Part shown: positions 13,301-26,399 of the stretch, one piece after another
How the letters are laid out: the number at the start of each line of letters is the position of its first letter
Position numbering within the stretch: the first letter of the stretch is position 1
Origin: Girardia tigrina
Taxonomy: Eukaryota
Assembly (NCBI GenBank): GCA_001938485.1
Contig: MQRK01252730.1
Coordinates: forward strand, 47,473-101,722
Direction: 5' to 3'
Length of the DNA stretch: 54,250 nt
Translations under genes and position numbers: made by a program
Notes under the pieces: model-generated
Told to the model about the DNA's origin: nothing
Seen by the model: only the letters and a program-made list of their open reading frames with translations
The model's database searches: none

Positions 13301-14264
13301 TAAAATATATATAATATAATTTTTAGATATATTATATATATTTTAATGAAAATCGAATTACATTAGATTAATGAAAGTAAAATTTTATTCTTGTTGATAA
13401 CATTCATTCTTAAAACAAACTACTGACTTTTTTAAAAACAGAAATGTTTTTATTATCAAAAAGCAAAGGCAAATAAGTTTTTTACGAAGTCATCATATTA
13501 AATAGCAAAAGCAGCATGAAGTCGATTTCCGGTTTGAAAAAGTATTCAGACAGTAAAACTGGTTTTAAAAAGATACAATCATAAAATCTAAAAAAAATTT
13601 TATATTTCATTTGTTAATTATTTATTTGTATTACTTTTTATCCATTTTTTAGGAAAAGTTAAGTAAATTTTATGCTAGAAAATTTTTCGTCAGGAAATAG
13701 AGATTTTTTTATTGTTTTTGTTTGATCTATCAAAAGCTATAATGTTTATTTAAATTTCATTTGAAAGGAAATTTTAATAAAAATTCTGTGAAAGCTATCA
13801 AAAAAACATTTTTATAATTAGAAATTTTTAAAAATAACAGAAAAAATATGTATATCTTTATTATATAAAAATATAAAATATCTTTTTTTACTCTAAACAG
13901 ATTTTAAAACATTGAATTTTGAAATTAAGAGAAAAGATTCTTTGGTTAAGACAGGGTTTTCATTATTGTCGTCATTTTGATAAATTTAGTATCAAGAATG
14001 TTTTAAGTTATTCAAATTATCAAAGTTTGCATCCCTAAGAATATTTATTTGTAAATAAATAAATATTAATGTAAGAACTTTCTGTCTGTTAGGTAATGAT
14101 AGAAACATGTTGTCTTATATTTAGCAAAATGAAAGACAAATTCTATTCTGTAGATTTATACTTAATTTTTAATTTTAATACTTAATAATTGTCTATTATA
14201 TATATAATTGTATTTTGAGAGATTAGGCAAGATTTTTTGTGCCTTAAACGGTATAAAAAACACT

Positions 14265-14630
14265 AATAGGATTTTACACAAAACTCTTGTAACTAGGCAT
14301 CGTTCTTGATTGATAAATTTTTTATTCTATTCTTAAGCGTCTTATTATTCAAACAAATTTAAATTACAATTTAATTTACAATTCAATTACAAAATAATTT
14401 ATAATTTAAATGACAAAAAAATTTTTATTTATTTTAAAAATATATTAAATATTTTATTTATGATACATTAATTTAATTTTAGTTATTTAAATTTTAAAAT
14501 TGATTATATAATCCAACTTTTTAAAATATTTAAAATATCAATCTACCATATGGGTGGAAAAGAAACACAATCCTAAAAATACATGCTAAACACAATACAA
14601 TAAGCACCATTCAAAAGTATTCCGCACAAC
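14265..14630 (+). repeat. Dispersed repeat, probable solo-LTR portion
   Basis: Collinear with 50140-50915 (aaactcttgtaac...cgttcttgattgataa...gtcttattattc; atccaactttttaaaatatttaaaatatcaatc...gaaacacaatcctaaaa...caccattcaaaa). Confidence 0.75.
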
Positions 14631-15674
14631 CGGTATTAAGTTTAGAATATTTTTATAACATTTATATTAAGCATAACTTTCATAACATATTTATGCTAAA
14701 ATTGTTTTTTAAATATTTACATTTTTGTGACTAAAGTGTAAAAATGAAAACAAAAGGGGTTTTAACAACCTTTTTATCTGTATTCATAGTATTGTTCTTG
14801 TGATTTAATGTACATTTGTAAACGCCTGAAATGCATTCTCTAGCTATTTTTGTATGTTGTCTTTGTAGATTTAAGCACAAAATTTCATGACATATTTACT
14901 GCTAAAAAAGACAATAATGAAGATTTAAATAAAGCCACGGGGATCCCTATTTCGAAACAGTTAATTAAATATCTCCTACTGTTAAACGAAGAAGAAGTAT
15001 ATTATTTGAATATTAAACTTTAAAATATTAAGATAAAAAAAGAATTATAGAAAATTAAATTAATAAACTTTGTTGATAAGATATTTGATATTAGAATAAC
15101 GCATGCAACTTTAGGAACAAAAGGATATTTTCGACCAGAAAGAATACATAAGATAAAATCAATGAATTAATATAAATTCTCACATGGAAAACAACAAAAA
15201 ACAATTATAAAAAGTCGAAATAAAGTTTTATTTTAAATTATAAAGAAAATAAGAAAACCCTTATTGCTAAAGGTATAGCAATTCTTTTAATAATTCAAAG
15301 ATATTAATTATAATATCTGACGCAGTCGTATTCTTTCACTTTTTATTCTTTGTTAATATTCAAGAATACATTCCCTATCTCTTTACAAACTTTATCTTCT
15401 TTACAAACCTGAATCTATCGAAAATGTTTCCTAACAATAATTTGAAAGAAGCAAAAGAGGAACCACAATTTGTTCCTCATTCTCAATTAATGTTGTTGAT
15501 ATTTGATTCAGAGAAACATAGAGACAAATTATTATTTTCTTTAAAGATTTTATTATTTATTTGAATTTGGATTTAGTTATTTCTTATTGTTACCACCTAA
15601 TGATATTTTAAAATTTAATCATTGTCTTTTATTACTTTATTATTATTTGATATTGAAATATTAATTTATCGAGA

Positions 15675-16110
15675 CTATAGATATATAAGATTTGATTTTA
15701 AAGCCGGAGCAATTACATGGCTGCGGCACCGCTGCATCAATGAGACGTCTCTGGGTCGTGGATAAACTAAGGAAAATATCCGACTCGCGTCTTTTTCTTC
15801 TCTAATCAAAACACTGTCTCTTAAAACAAATTCAATGAAAATTTATCGGTATGAAAACTGTAGAACATCACAGAGTTCGACCGGTTTTCGAATACATTTT
15901 TTTAGATTCATTTTGGAATTAGAGTCTATCGTTAGAGAACTTTTTAATTATAAAGTTTGGTAAAATGATTTGGATGTACCTTTACAAAATGAACCACCTG
16001 AATCCCTGTAAATATTCAAGATTTTCGTGTTATATTAATTCATTTGAAAATCTTTCGATATTGATCTTCTTTGCGACAACCACCAAAACGGGTGGAAAAA
16101 TGAACTTTTG
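15675..16110 (-). pseudogene. Decayed intronless ORF with an SH2-like FVLRDS motif and a SOCS-box-like end
   Basis: One frame with 3 internal stops: ...LNIYRDSGGSFCKG...*IFIEFVLRDSVLIREEKDASRIFSLVYPRPRDVSLMQRCRSHVIAPALKSNLIYL*. FVLRDS (15813-15830) resembles the SH2 FLVRDS signature; SLMQRCRSHVI resembles SOCS-box SLQ.LCR..I. Confidence 0.35.
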
Positions 16111-16651
16111 TTTAATATTTGAATTATTTATTGAGGAATAGTTTTCCATTGATTCTTTTTTCTCCAAAACTCAAATCAACTCGACAATACTTTATTAATT
16201 TCTCGAAACAAAAAAAAATCTCGGCATACAAGGAACCCTTTTACACTGTAATAAATTAATAAGAAAATATTTTAATTTAAATTAGATAAAATTATTAAAA
16301 AATAAGTAATAAATAACGGTCTGAAATGTAAGCGATTTAAATGTACGCAGACATTTTTTTGATCATATCAAATAACATTTTAAAATAAATAACAATACAT
16401 AATATATATATATATATATATATAATAAAATTTGCACATTCACTAATTAAGTTTACTTTAATATTTTTAATATTTTTTATAAGTCACACAAAATGTTCTG
16501 AAAATATTCAAAATGATAATAATTTGATTTTAAAAAAAATTAAAAACAGGATAAAATTAAAACAGGAAAATTTATCATTTTAAATAAAAACATTTTGGTT
16601 TAAATTTAATAAAATAAAATTAATGAAAATCACTTTGAAAATAGAACGGCA

Positions 16652-16689
<38 letters not shown>

Positions 16690-17287
16690 AATTGTTTATT
16701 TATTTATTTTATTTTTTTTCATAAAACAGTTTCCATTATTAATTCATATAATTATTTGTTTATATAATGTGAGAAATAAATTCTCATTTTACTTATTTAA
16801 TCAATTTCCTACAGCTCTTTTGTAGATTCAGTAAATACCCCTGAGTCTGAGTTTTTCCATCAACTGTATGTTGATTTCTAATTATGATCTTCATTATTCT
16901 TATTCCTAGAGGTGATTCTAGATAGGAAATAAGAATCTATCAATTATTAATTTACACTATATTTCACTGAGAGAATTTGTTATTTTTTCAAAACGAATTT
17001 ATAATTATGAATTGCTTTGATTTTTTCATTGGATATGCTTTTTCTTTTATTGTTTTTAATTTGAAACATCCTTATTTAGAAATGTTAAATCATCAAATTA
17101 GTTGAAATGGAGATATATAAATGGGAAATAAAAATTTAATAAAGATAATTAATTGTTTGTAGTTTTTTTCTCACTTTGAACAGAAGCATGAATAATGTTT
17201 TTTTTTCAATTTTAAGCTTTATTAAAATTAAAATTTTTTATTTATAGAAGTAAAATAATTAAAAAATATATAATTGATTTATATATA

Positions 17288-17545
17288 CGTGGTACGTTCA
17301 ATAGGTGCCCGAACTAGGTAAAAAAATCTAATCGCAAATTTTAGTTTTTTTGTGTGATTAAATAAATTAATATAAGTTTTAATTTTAGTAATTGTTTTAT
17401 TTTATTAAACGCATTATAATTTTTATAGCGACTTTTTGAATTTTCGTAGTGCGATGATTTTAAACGTCGAATATCGCAGCATTATCAAGTTAATTGTGTT
17501 ACAAAAGAAGACGTGTAGTGAAATCTTTGATCTTTGTGTCAAAAT
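17288..17545 (+). mobile_element. mariner-type element 5' end (TIR-like end and transposase N-terminus)
   Basis: TA|CGTGGTACGTTCAATAGGTGCCCGAACT resembles a mariner TIR. ATG at 17454 gives MILNVEYRSIIKLIVLQKKTCSEIF, similar to the mariner N-terminal EYRAVIKFL...K...EI. Confidence 0.6.
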
Positions 17546-17659
17546 TTTGCTTATCAGAATTATGGTTTGATTAGCGATCTGTTTCTATGGCAGGTCCTCA
17601 TTTAAATAATATCAGAGATATTCAAATGTTTTGACCTACACAAAAATCCTTCAGAATGT

Positions 17660-17980
17660 ATTTTTTTACATACCTGCCTATTTATACACGATGTCACTCC
17701 AGCTCATTCTACCGAAGCAAAAAAATCATCCCCGTGTAACACATGGGGATTTCATACCTTTGTTAAACTATCCAATCACCAAATATTAACCCAAGACTGT
17801 ACATTTGGATTATTTTTAATCAAATATTTGACAAAAGTCGTAAGGTGTCTTCATTTTCCGAAGCTTTACTCATCAATGCTCTTCGACAAGAATTAGCTGC
17901 AATCTGCAAAGACATTATCAACAAATAAATTCATTATTTGCCCTCACGCGTTTCACAAATCCAGAGAACAATCGATTAAG
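17660..17980 (+). mobile_element. Tc1/mariner-superfamily transposase C-terminal remnant
   Basis: FIHDVTPAHSTEA (cf. FqhDgApaHta) and LINALRQELAAICKDIINK*IHYLPSRVSQI (C-terminal helix pattern); frameshifted between. Confidence 0.55.
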
Positions 17981-18822
17981 TAAAGATTATTCATATATTA
18001 CTATTTGTGCTAATAAATCTGTAACAATTTACATGATAATATATATTTAAATTTTTTATGGAAAGCGATTTATGTTTAATGTTAATTGAACAAATAATCG
18101 GCTGAATTATGTTATAATTTTAGGAGCATAATAAACCAATTCTACTGAGACATGATTTTTTTAGAAAAAGAAATCAGTTTGGTTTGTTTTTATTATTAAT
18201 TACAAAAGGACATTTGGATTTCGTTCAACTATTTATCAGAAAATTAAAACAAACTTATGATAAATAAATTTTAGGGACAAAACACCTGGAGTTTATAGTT
18301 GAAAGAAAGACAAGATAACCCAAAAATATGTACACTCTACAAATGATAATAAAAACATGGAATATATAAGCTCAGAAAAACTATATATGTTTAACATTTG
18401 TGGCTAGATGCTCATCATTACTATCATTAACTGGTTAACCATTTTGATTGCTACTTGAACATCTCAAATTGTTATTTGAAATTAAATTTCTTTAACACTT
18501 TTGTCATCAAAGACTCGCTTAGGGACTGTTTTCAGGGGTCAGTATCAGATAAAACCAAAAATTAACTTGCAATAATATTATGATATAATTAGTTTTATGA
18601 TTTAAATGGCATTCACTACTTTAGTGTCCAAATCAATCATTTTGTTTGATCAAACATCTAACAGACCAGAAGAACGTTTTCTTCTTTACCATTTTTCTAA
18701 ACTAAAAATTAAAATTATTCTAGTAGTTATTTTATCGCAAGGCTATTAAAATCCTTTTCAAATATTTTTTTAATTGTTCATGATGTCCTTCTTTGAATAC
18801 CATTTTCAAAATAAAAATATTT

Positions 18823-18860
<38 letters not shown>

Positions 18861-19209
18861 ACAAATTATCAATTATTTCTTGATATACATCAGATTTGAT
18901 ACACTTTCAATTTTACTTAGAATTAAGTAAAACGTAGCATTTTGTGAGACATCCTGTTCATAAATGACATAAGTCCAATGTGGCATCAATAATATGACAT
19001 TTAATATAATATGATATTTAACTCAGTAGAAATCAAAATATGAATGCATTATTCTTCAATATAAGAGTTACCTTTATCTAAGTACTTCTTTGTACAATCA
19101 AATAATTTTAGAAATGCATTGTTTGGGCAAGAAAGTTTGGACTAAACTATGAAAGACTTTTACATCTACATATGAGGTTAAACAAATTTGTACCCACCTG
19201 ATGCGAAAT

Positions 19210-19330
19210 TGGATCAGTAAAATCGATTACTTAAGAGTGTACACTGACGACTGCCAGTATTGACTGGTATTGTTGATTGCAGCATTTTCCCGACACAGTC
19301 ATACAGAAAGTTGTTCACCTATTGACATTC
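19210..19330 (-). mobile_element. Possible non-LTR retrotransposon RT fragment
   Basis: LYDCVGKMLQSTIPVNTGSRQCTLLS resembles the LINE RT motif l...ipv.tGvRQGc.LSP; short and degenerate. Confidence 0.3.
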
Positions 19331-20879
19331 TATATGAAGATATGGTACCAGAAAATGTGAGACTCAACTAATTTCACACTAATGCTTTCAAGGGTATCTT
19401 TCTAGAACTGCTTTTATTGTGAATTTCTAATCTGTTCATTTTCTTCTATACTTTCCAAAATAAGCAGAAAAAGATCATTTTTGCACCGAAATTTCGATTC
19501 TAATTACATATTTTTTAAATTAGAAATAATTTAAAGTTGAATAGTTCTGCACTCGATATATATATATATATATATAACATTAAAATAAGTAACTCTGATA
19601 CATGCAGAGTTTCCGTCATTATATGATATTGATAATAATAATTTATTTAAATAGATGTATACATGGGTATTATATTCCCTAAAAAACAATTTTTAAACTT
19701 TTTTAATAAATATTTTGTTTGTTATTAAATAGTTACAAGTAGAGTAGAAATATTTTTCGATTTTTATACTTTCATCTCTGTTTCTTACGAACTCATACAA
19801 TTGCCATAGATAACTTCATTTAGTTAATGTTTTACTATTTGACTTATATACATTAATTATATATACTTATATATCCCTAAAAAATAAATTATTTGTAAAG
19901 TAGTATGGGTAGTAAAAACAAGCATAAAGACAGTCATGATTTGAAGAAATTTATTGTACACAACTTTATTTTTAATGATTTAAGATAGAAAGTTAAATTA
20001 AATATATAATATCATGTTTTGTCAAAATATGTCCCTCGGCAAACTTTGTTGAAAATAAACATCTTTTATGTTATTGAAATGTTTTAGTATTATTCATTTT
20101 GAAACATATGAAAATTATTATTTATTCAATTCATAAATAATTTTAAATAATTTCAATAAAGTTAAAAAATATGGTGTTGGTACATTGATGCTAAGAATAT
20201 ATATTGTTAGTTTAGTATGATGATAATATTTTATCCGTAAAAATCATTTATAATCATTTATAATCAAATCTTTTATAATCAATTTGTTTTATTATTAATT
20301 TATAAAATATTATTAATTATTATGGAGACTAATTTTGATGACATCAATTTTTATGGAAGCACGGAAGAGCGAAAAGAAAATCAATAGATTTAGGGATTAA
20401 ATATTCTAGTATACAGATAGTAAAGAAAAACCTCAATTATTGAATTTTAATATTGAAACTTAATTTGAAAAATAAATATTATTTCACCAATATTATCAAA
20501 CAAAAGAATTAAAAATTGAAATAAATAAATCGAGAAAGCAAAATAAAATGATTAAAAAAACAGATTTCAGGAAAATTACACATAAATATTAAAGAAACAA
20601 GAATAATAAATTGAAGTAGGAAAGGTGTTTTTATTTTCGAAAATCTTAATGATAATAATTCTATTGATGCATTTTAAAGATTATCAAATACAGTAATTAG
20701 ATGAAGATACTTATATTATGCTAATGATTTAAAAATTGAAGAAAGATGATTTAATTATACTACATACGGTAAACAAAACAAACATTATTCTATAGAATAA
20801 TAATTTTGAGGTGAAAACCATAATTTCAGACGAGGAGGATAATAAGGAAGAAATTGAAAAGGTTTCAATTTATGTTGAT

Positions 20880-21060
20880 TTGTATTCGGCAGAAAAGATA
20901 AACTTTTTTAAATGAAAAAAAGAAGAGATTTTATTTGAAAAAGATTGGTGAAATAAATGAAAATGTTATAAATATATATAAATACATGGTTAGTCCTTGT
21001 ATATGCATTCAGAAAAAACCTACTAATTATCTTTAAATAAAGATCTACGAGATTTAATAA
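20880..21060 (+). mobile_element. Highly decayed Gypsy RT N-terminal fragment
   Basis: Across frameshifts: TW..SPCICIQKK...DLRDL, similar to S.W.SP.v.v.KK...DlR.LN. Confidence 0.35.
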
Positions 21061-21390
21061 AAAGTTTTTTTTGCGAACAGTTTTCTGTGCAAATTTGCAG
21101 TTTATTAAATAGAAGTTTCCCTATATTTTTCTAAAACAACAAATATTTTTAATATATTATTATATTTAATGATCACGAAACCTTATTAAAAAAGCTTCCC
21201 ATGATATAGTCTCCAATAATTTTACAAATCTGTCAAAAATACTGTCTAAGCATTTTAAAAGTTATTAAATGAGAATGTCGTGTGAAGCTTTGTTAATAAG
21301 GTCTCGTTAACCTAAAGTAATATTCGAACGACACTCAACCAATTTTTAAGGGTTTTTAATTAATATTACGTATTAAATTGTATAATTAAC

Positions 21391-21434
<44 letters not shown>

Positions 21435-21621
21435 AAATTGCGTATTTTTTATTGTATAAAAGAAATTTTGAAAAAACGAAAAAGTTATTATATTTATAAA
21501 TTATATCAAAATTAATCACAAAAGTGTCTTATTAAACTTAAGTTGCGTTTCATAAAATTATTGTAGATAAATTTGATAAAATGTCAAATAGTTGAAATTA
21601 AATTTCAAAAGCCAATTGATA

Positions 21622-21665
21622 TTTTTTATTAATTTCGATGGATTAACCGTCATCTTCAGAACAAC
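21622..21665 (-). ncRNA. Minimal type I hammerhead ribozyme motif (PLE pLTR)
   Basis: Minus strand: TTGTT CTGAAGA T GACGG TTAAT CCATC GAAA TTAAT A AAAAA. Core CUGANGA and GAAA, stem II with one mismatch, palindromic stem III (ATTAAT), AUA cleavage triplet. Confidence 0.7.
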
Positions 21666-21965
21666 TGTTTTTTTAATGGAAATGTTTTTATACTGCCGGT
21701 AATGGTTATGCAATAAATGTATCATCAAGAAATCATTTAAAAGCCCTCAATAAAGTTGTCGAAAGTGTATTTTGAACGTTAATTTTAGGATCCAAAGATT
21801 ATATCTATATAACGCTTCTCATTAAAATTTTATAGCTATGGGTACTAATGTCTCCTTTAAAATGTTTTCTATGTTCAACAATATTACTTCCACTTTCTTA
21901 ACGACTGTTTTCGTAGATTCTCTTACAGAGATGATGCGAAGTCTCTTCAATGTATTTGGCATAAA
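21622..21965 (-). mobile_element. Penelope-like element 3' remnant (GIY-YIG, ORF end, pLTR)
   Basis: YAKYIEETSHHLCKRIYENSR*ESGSNIVEH, then SLDPKINVQNTLSTTLLRAFK*, homologous to the 37794-38138 ORF and followed by a hammerhead motif. Confidence 0.85.
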
Positions 21966-22729
21966 GTTAAAAAAAAAGTTAAAATAAAGTTACTATTAAA
22001 GCAATAAAAATTAACTAAAAAATAAAATTCTGCTTTTAATAGAGATTGTCATATTTTTTTATTTCATCCCCTTGAATATATTTGCATTTTATTTGGAAAA
22101 CTGTTAAATGTATTCCGCTTTATAACTATACTTTTAATGCTTTATAATTTCAGTTTAAAAGAAAAGAAAGAAATTCCATTAAAATAGTCTATAATATTCG
22201 TACAAAATAAATATTACAGTTTTTAAGCTTTCTTCATTAACCGAGTTTTTGTAATTTTATATTAATTAGTGGAAATAAATCCTTTAAGTAACGATTAGCA
22301 CTAGATTTTAATAATATCTTTTCCCTTTCACTCTCAAAAAACCTTTATATTAAAAAGAAAATATTAAAAATAGTTTTTTATATAAGTTACTTCTCAGTCT
22401 TTAATATAATTTTTTAGCAATTACATATTCTATATACTATATATAATTACATATGATATATACTTTTTATCTAGAAATAATAAAGAGCAAAAGTTCTTAA
22501 TTCAGTTAGGAAGAAATCTATAAACATGTTTATTAAAAATAATTTCACTAATCAATCAACCCTTAGATTACAAAATGAAATTATTCTGAAACTATTCATG
22601 TAATTATCAAAGAAATCAGACAATACACTAAATTAACTATAATAATATATAAATTTCTTTTAACAATTAATAGAAAGTGAAAAAGAAGGAAAACAGAGGA
22701 CCATACAAATAACGTAGAAATTGAGTCTT

Positions 22730-24600
22730 CTAGAGAAAAGTCAAATAATAAAGTTCTTTCTGTTCTTGTCGATTGATGATATTCTCGTAATATGGAAAGG
22801 GATGATCAATTGAGATATCTATTTGGAATTTTCTTTTATTAGGCTCCACTTTTCTGTAGAGAGATTTATGGTTTGCTTTATAATGACAAGTAAAACGGTT
22901 TCCGAAAGTTGTTGGATTTGACGTAAGCAACAGTATATAGCTTTGATAGTCGAGCAAAATTGAACAATTTGGCGAACGATTTTTTTCCACACAGTGTTTC
23001 TAATGGGGAAATCCCCAACTTCGAATAGGTTTAAGCCTTAAAGACAAAAGAACTTCTGGAAGAATGCCTAGCCAGTTTGAATCATTCCCTTTCTTCCCGT
23101 TTAAGGTATCTATTAAAAATCTCAACTTTACTATTGGAGTTGGAATTGTAAGGAGTGGTCCTTATCTTCACAATTCCGTGAGAGGCGCAAAACCTTTGAA
23201 ATAGTTCTGATTCAAACTGTCGTCCTTCGTCCGATATTAATTTTTTTGGAGGACCATATCTTCAAATCCAATTCTCGTCAAGTACTTTGGTTACGGTTTG
23301 TAATGAAATGTCCCGAACAGGAATAGCTTCAAAGCAAGGTAAATAACGATCAATGATAATGACTATGTATTTTATTTCCCGATTTGGTGGGAGAGGACCA
23401 ATTATATCTACATGAATTATGTCAAATATCTCCCCTTTTGCAAATTGCACACATCTGATTTTTTTTAGATTACAAGTAATGCAAGAACTTACAAAACGTT
23501 TCACATCTTTACGCATTTTGTACCAATAAGCTTGTTCTCGTAATAACTGGTATGTACAGTAGAACCCATAATGATCAAAGTTGTGTATAGAAGCGATACA
23601 AATTTCTCTTAAGACTTTGGGAATCAATGGTCGCAAAATACCGGACATTGAAAGGTCATACAAAACTCCTTTAATTTCTGCAAATTTGATAGACGGATAA
23701 TTTGAAAATTCATTTACTACTTCTAATTGTTTGCTGAGAAGATCACTAGTAGTAATGTTAGATCCGAAATTCATACTACCCACTGGATTACTGGACAGGA
23801 AATCTGCAGCTACGTTAGAACTTCCCGCCATGTACATAAAACTGCAGTGAAACTGTGAAATATAACATGTCTGAGTCAACTGTCGAGGACTGGGATCTTT
23901 TAAAGAAAAAACTTAAAGGAGAAGTTTGTGGTCTGTGACGATAGTAAAACTTTGATCCTTTAAGAATTTTTGGTGTTTGATAGACTTGTAAACTGCCAAT
24001 AGCTTCCTATCGAAGGAGGAATATCTTCTTTCCGAGTCTTTTAATTTCGAAGAATGAAAAGTGATAGGGACGAAAACAATATCTAATTTTTGCTCCAGTG
24101 TACTGCCTATGACAAAAGAAGAAGCATCAATGGTTTCAGTTAGTTCAGAACTTTTTTGAAGATAAGTTAAATAGTAATATTGCTTAGAGCGTTTTTATCT
24201 TTAATAAAAGCGGCTTTTTATTCGTTATTCCAGATTATATAATATAGTTTTTTCTTTCCTTTTATCAATTCGGTAAATAGTAGTGAACAATGTTTTATAA
24301 ATTGGTAGTAGAAATTGATCATAACAAAATTCGATGAACCTCTTTTACGTTACTTGGAGGTTTGAGATCTAGGATGTATTCAATCTTACTGCGAATTGGA
24401 CTGACACTGTGATATTTTTTAAACCCCTTAAAAGGAAGAGAGGTTGATGGGAATTGTTATTAAAATTGTAATTAATTCTTACTATAGTCTGATACTATAC
24501 TGTTAGCAAAGAGATCTAGATAAGTTCATCAAGGTTTTTTTATTTATTCTGAACTGATTGTTTTTGAAATAAATATTCAACATCCCTGATAGAACTAAAC
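22730..24600 (-). mobile_element. Second Ty3/Gypsy pol remnant (decayed RT, RNase H, integrase)
   Basis: RNase H TIDASSFVIGSTLEQ...ERRYSSFDRKLLAVY...FTIVTDHK (about 23925-24150); NVAADFLSS; HNFDHYG...CITCN zinc motif; VDIIGPLP, IDRY, *RYGPPKKLISDEGRQFES, RTTPYN. Confidence 0.92.
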
Positions 24601-25022
24601 TGCAAAATTCTCCGTAGAAATTTTATTGACGGAAAGTTAAGATTTGTTCATTTCAATAATAATTAAAATGTTGTAGTGTCTCATTATTTTGCAAAAATTG
24701 GCAAAATAAAATTTTAAAATCTTTAATAAAAAATAAATCTTTAATAAATAAAAAAGTATTACATGAATATCCACTAAAAGTGTGAAAAATGAAATATTTA
24801 CTGTGAAATTCTCCAAGTATTTTATTATTTTACATATACAATTTTAAGTCTTGATTAATTAAAATGAAATTCCAAAATATGTACCATAATCAATTTTCTA
24901 AAAAAGCTTTACTAAAATTATTTTTCAAAATATCAATTTAGCGTTCACAAGAAGACGATTGGAGATAATGACCCCACCATCAACATTATAATTAAAAAGC
25001 ATTATACCAATAAATCATTGGA

Positions 25023-25072
25023 TTATATTATTATATTATTATATTATATATTATTATATTATTATATTATAT
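25023..25072. repeat. (TTATA)n-like microsatellite
   Basis: ttatattattatattattatattatatattattatattattatattatat. Confidence 0.8.
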
Positions 25073-26335
25073 ATGCACTAGAGTGCAGTGATTCACCGTC
25101 TGGATTGTAATTTGACAACCATCATTTTTGGCCCTGAGAAGGGCCATATTTCGTTCTCCAAATGTTTTGTGGAAAGTTTCACCAATCTGACTCTTAACCC
25201 ATTCTTGCATTCGAAGTATTATTCCTCAACTCAATTTTTTTCAGACTATAATTCAGCCTAAATCAACACAATCGTTATCAGTTGATTCACCATTTTTTTG
25301 GGATTCTAACACATTTTCATTGAAGTAGTAATTTGTTCAATTGGACACAAACCAACAAAAACACTTACCACAAAAAAATTTTTCAAAAATTGCAAAAAAG
25401 TTTTTACAAAATATTTTTAAAATATAAAAAATTTATTTTAATTAAACATATTATAATTAAACATATTTTAATATGCATTTATTTTAACATGAATGTAATT
25501 TATTGGAATAAGTTTTTTTTACTTTTTTTAATCTTTCGAAATACTAATTTTGTTAATTTTTTCGAATCAAAAAAATGATTTTTTTCATGTATTTATTAAA
25601 CAAATTAATAATTAAAACTAAATAAATTAAATGAATAATAAATAATATAAAGTTACTTATTCTATTAATTTTTAATATTTACGTCTAAATTTTTTAATTA
25701 TATTTTATATTTTGTTCTAGAAAAAAAGGATTTTTAAACGCTTTTTAAACGATCAAAATTAACAAAATCTGGTCAAACATTTCCTGGTTAAATGAATATA
25801 ATATAATTACCTTCAAAATTATATAAATAATAAAAACACTTTATTTTTTTAAATTTTTGTTTGCATTAAGTTTCCTTTTTGAATTAATTTTTATATTAAA
25901 ATTATTTTGTTATTTAAAAAAACCTTTTGTCTACTAAACAACTTTTCTCTGAAAAATTTGAATTTTTCACAAGATTAAACAATAGTTAATGAAAGGAAAA
26001 TATAATTAAAAAATATAATAAATACCTTAGTTATTAGAATAAAAGTATTAGTCATTAACAATCTCAAATTCTATTTAAATTTAGAATAAGTTTTAATTTG
26101 TTTCAATTCTTTAACACTAAATTAACTTCAATTGCAAAAGCAAGTAATAAAAAATTTTAAAGTTAAAAATATTTGTTAATTTAATTAAATGAATAATGTT
26201 TAAAGTATAAATTTTGCACAGATAAGTAAGAAACATAATATAGAAGAGTTATTTCTACAAATATTTACTAAAGATTTTCAATTTGGACAATTACAAATAA
26301 CGTTTCTATCGTCATACATTTATCATATCAATGAA

Positions 26336-26399
26336 TTGCATTCATCATGTCAACGTATTGCATTAATCATGTCAACGTATTGCATTAATCATGCCAACG
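26336..26399. repeat. 22-bp tandem repeat, about 3 copies
   Basis: ttgcattcatcatgtcaacgta / ttgcattaatcatgtcaacgta / ttgcattaatcatgccaacg. Confidence 0.9.

Noticed and set aside
18480-18700. Possible Tc1 WSDE-region remnant on the minus strand
   Set aside because: Needs multiple frameshifts; motif not recoverable with confidence.
26336-26399. Short direct repeats as a CRISPR-like array
   Set aside because: Head-to-tail with no spacers, in eukaryotic context with no cas genes.
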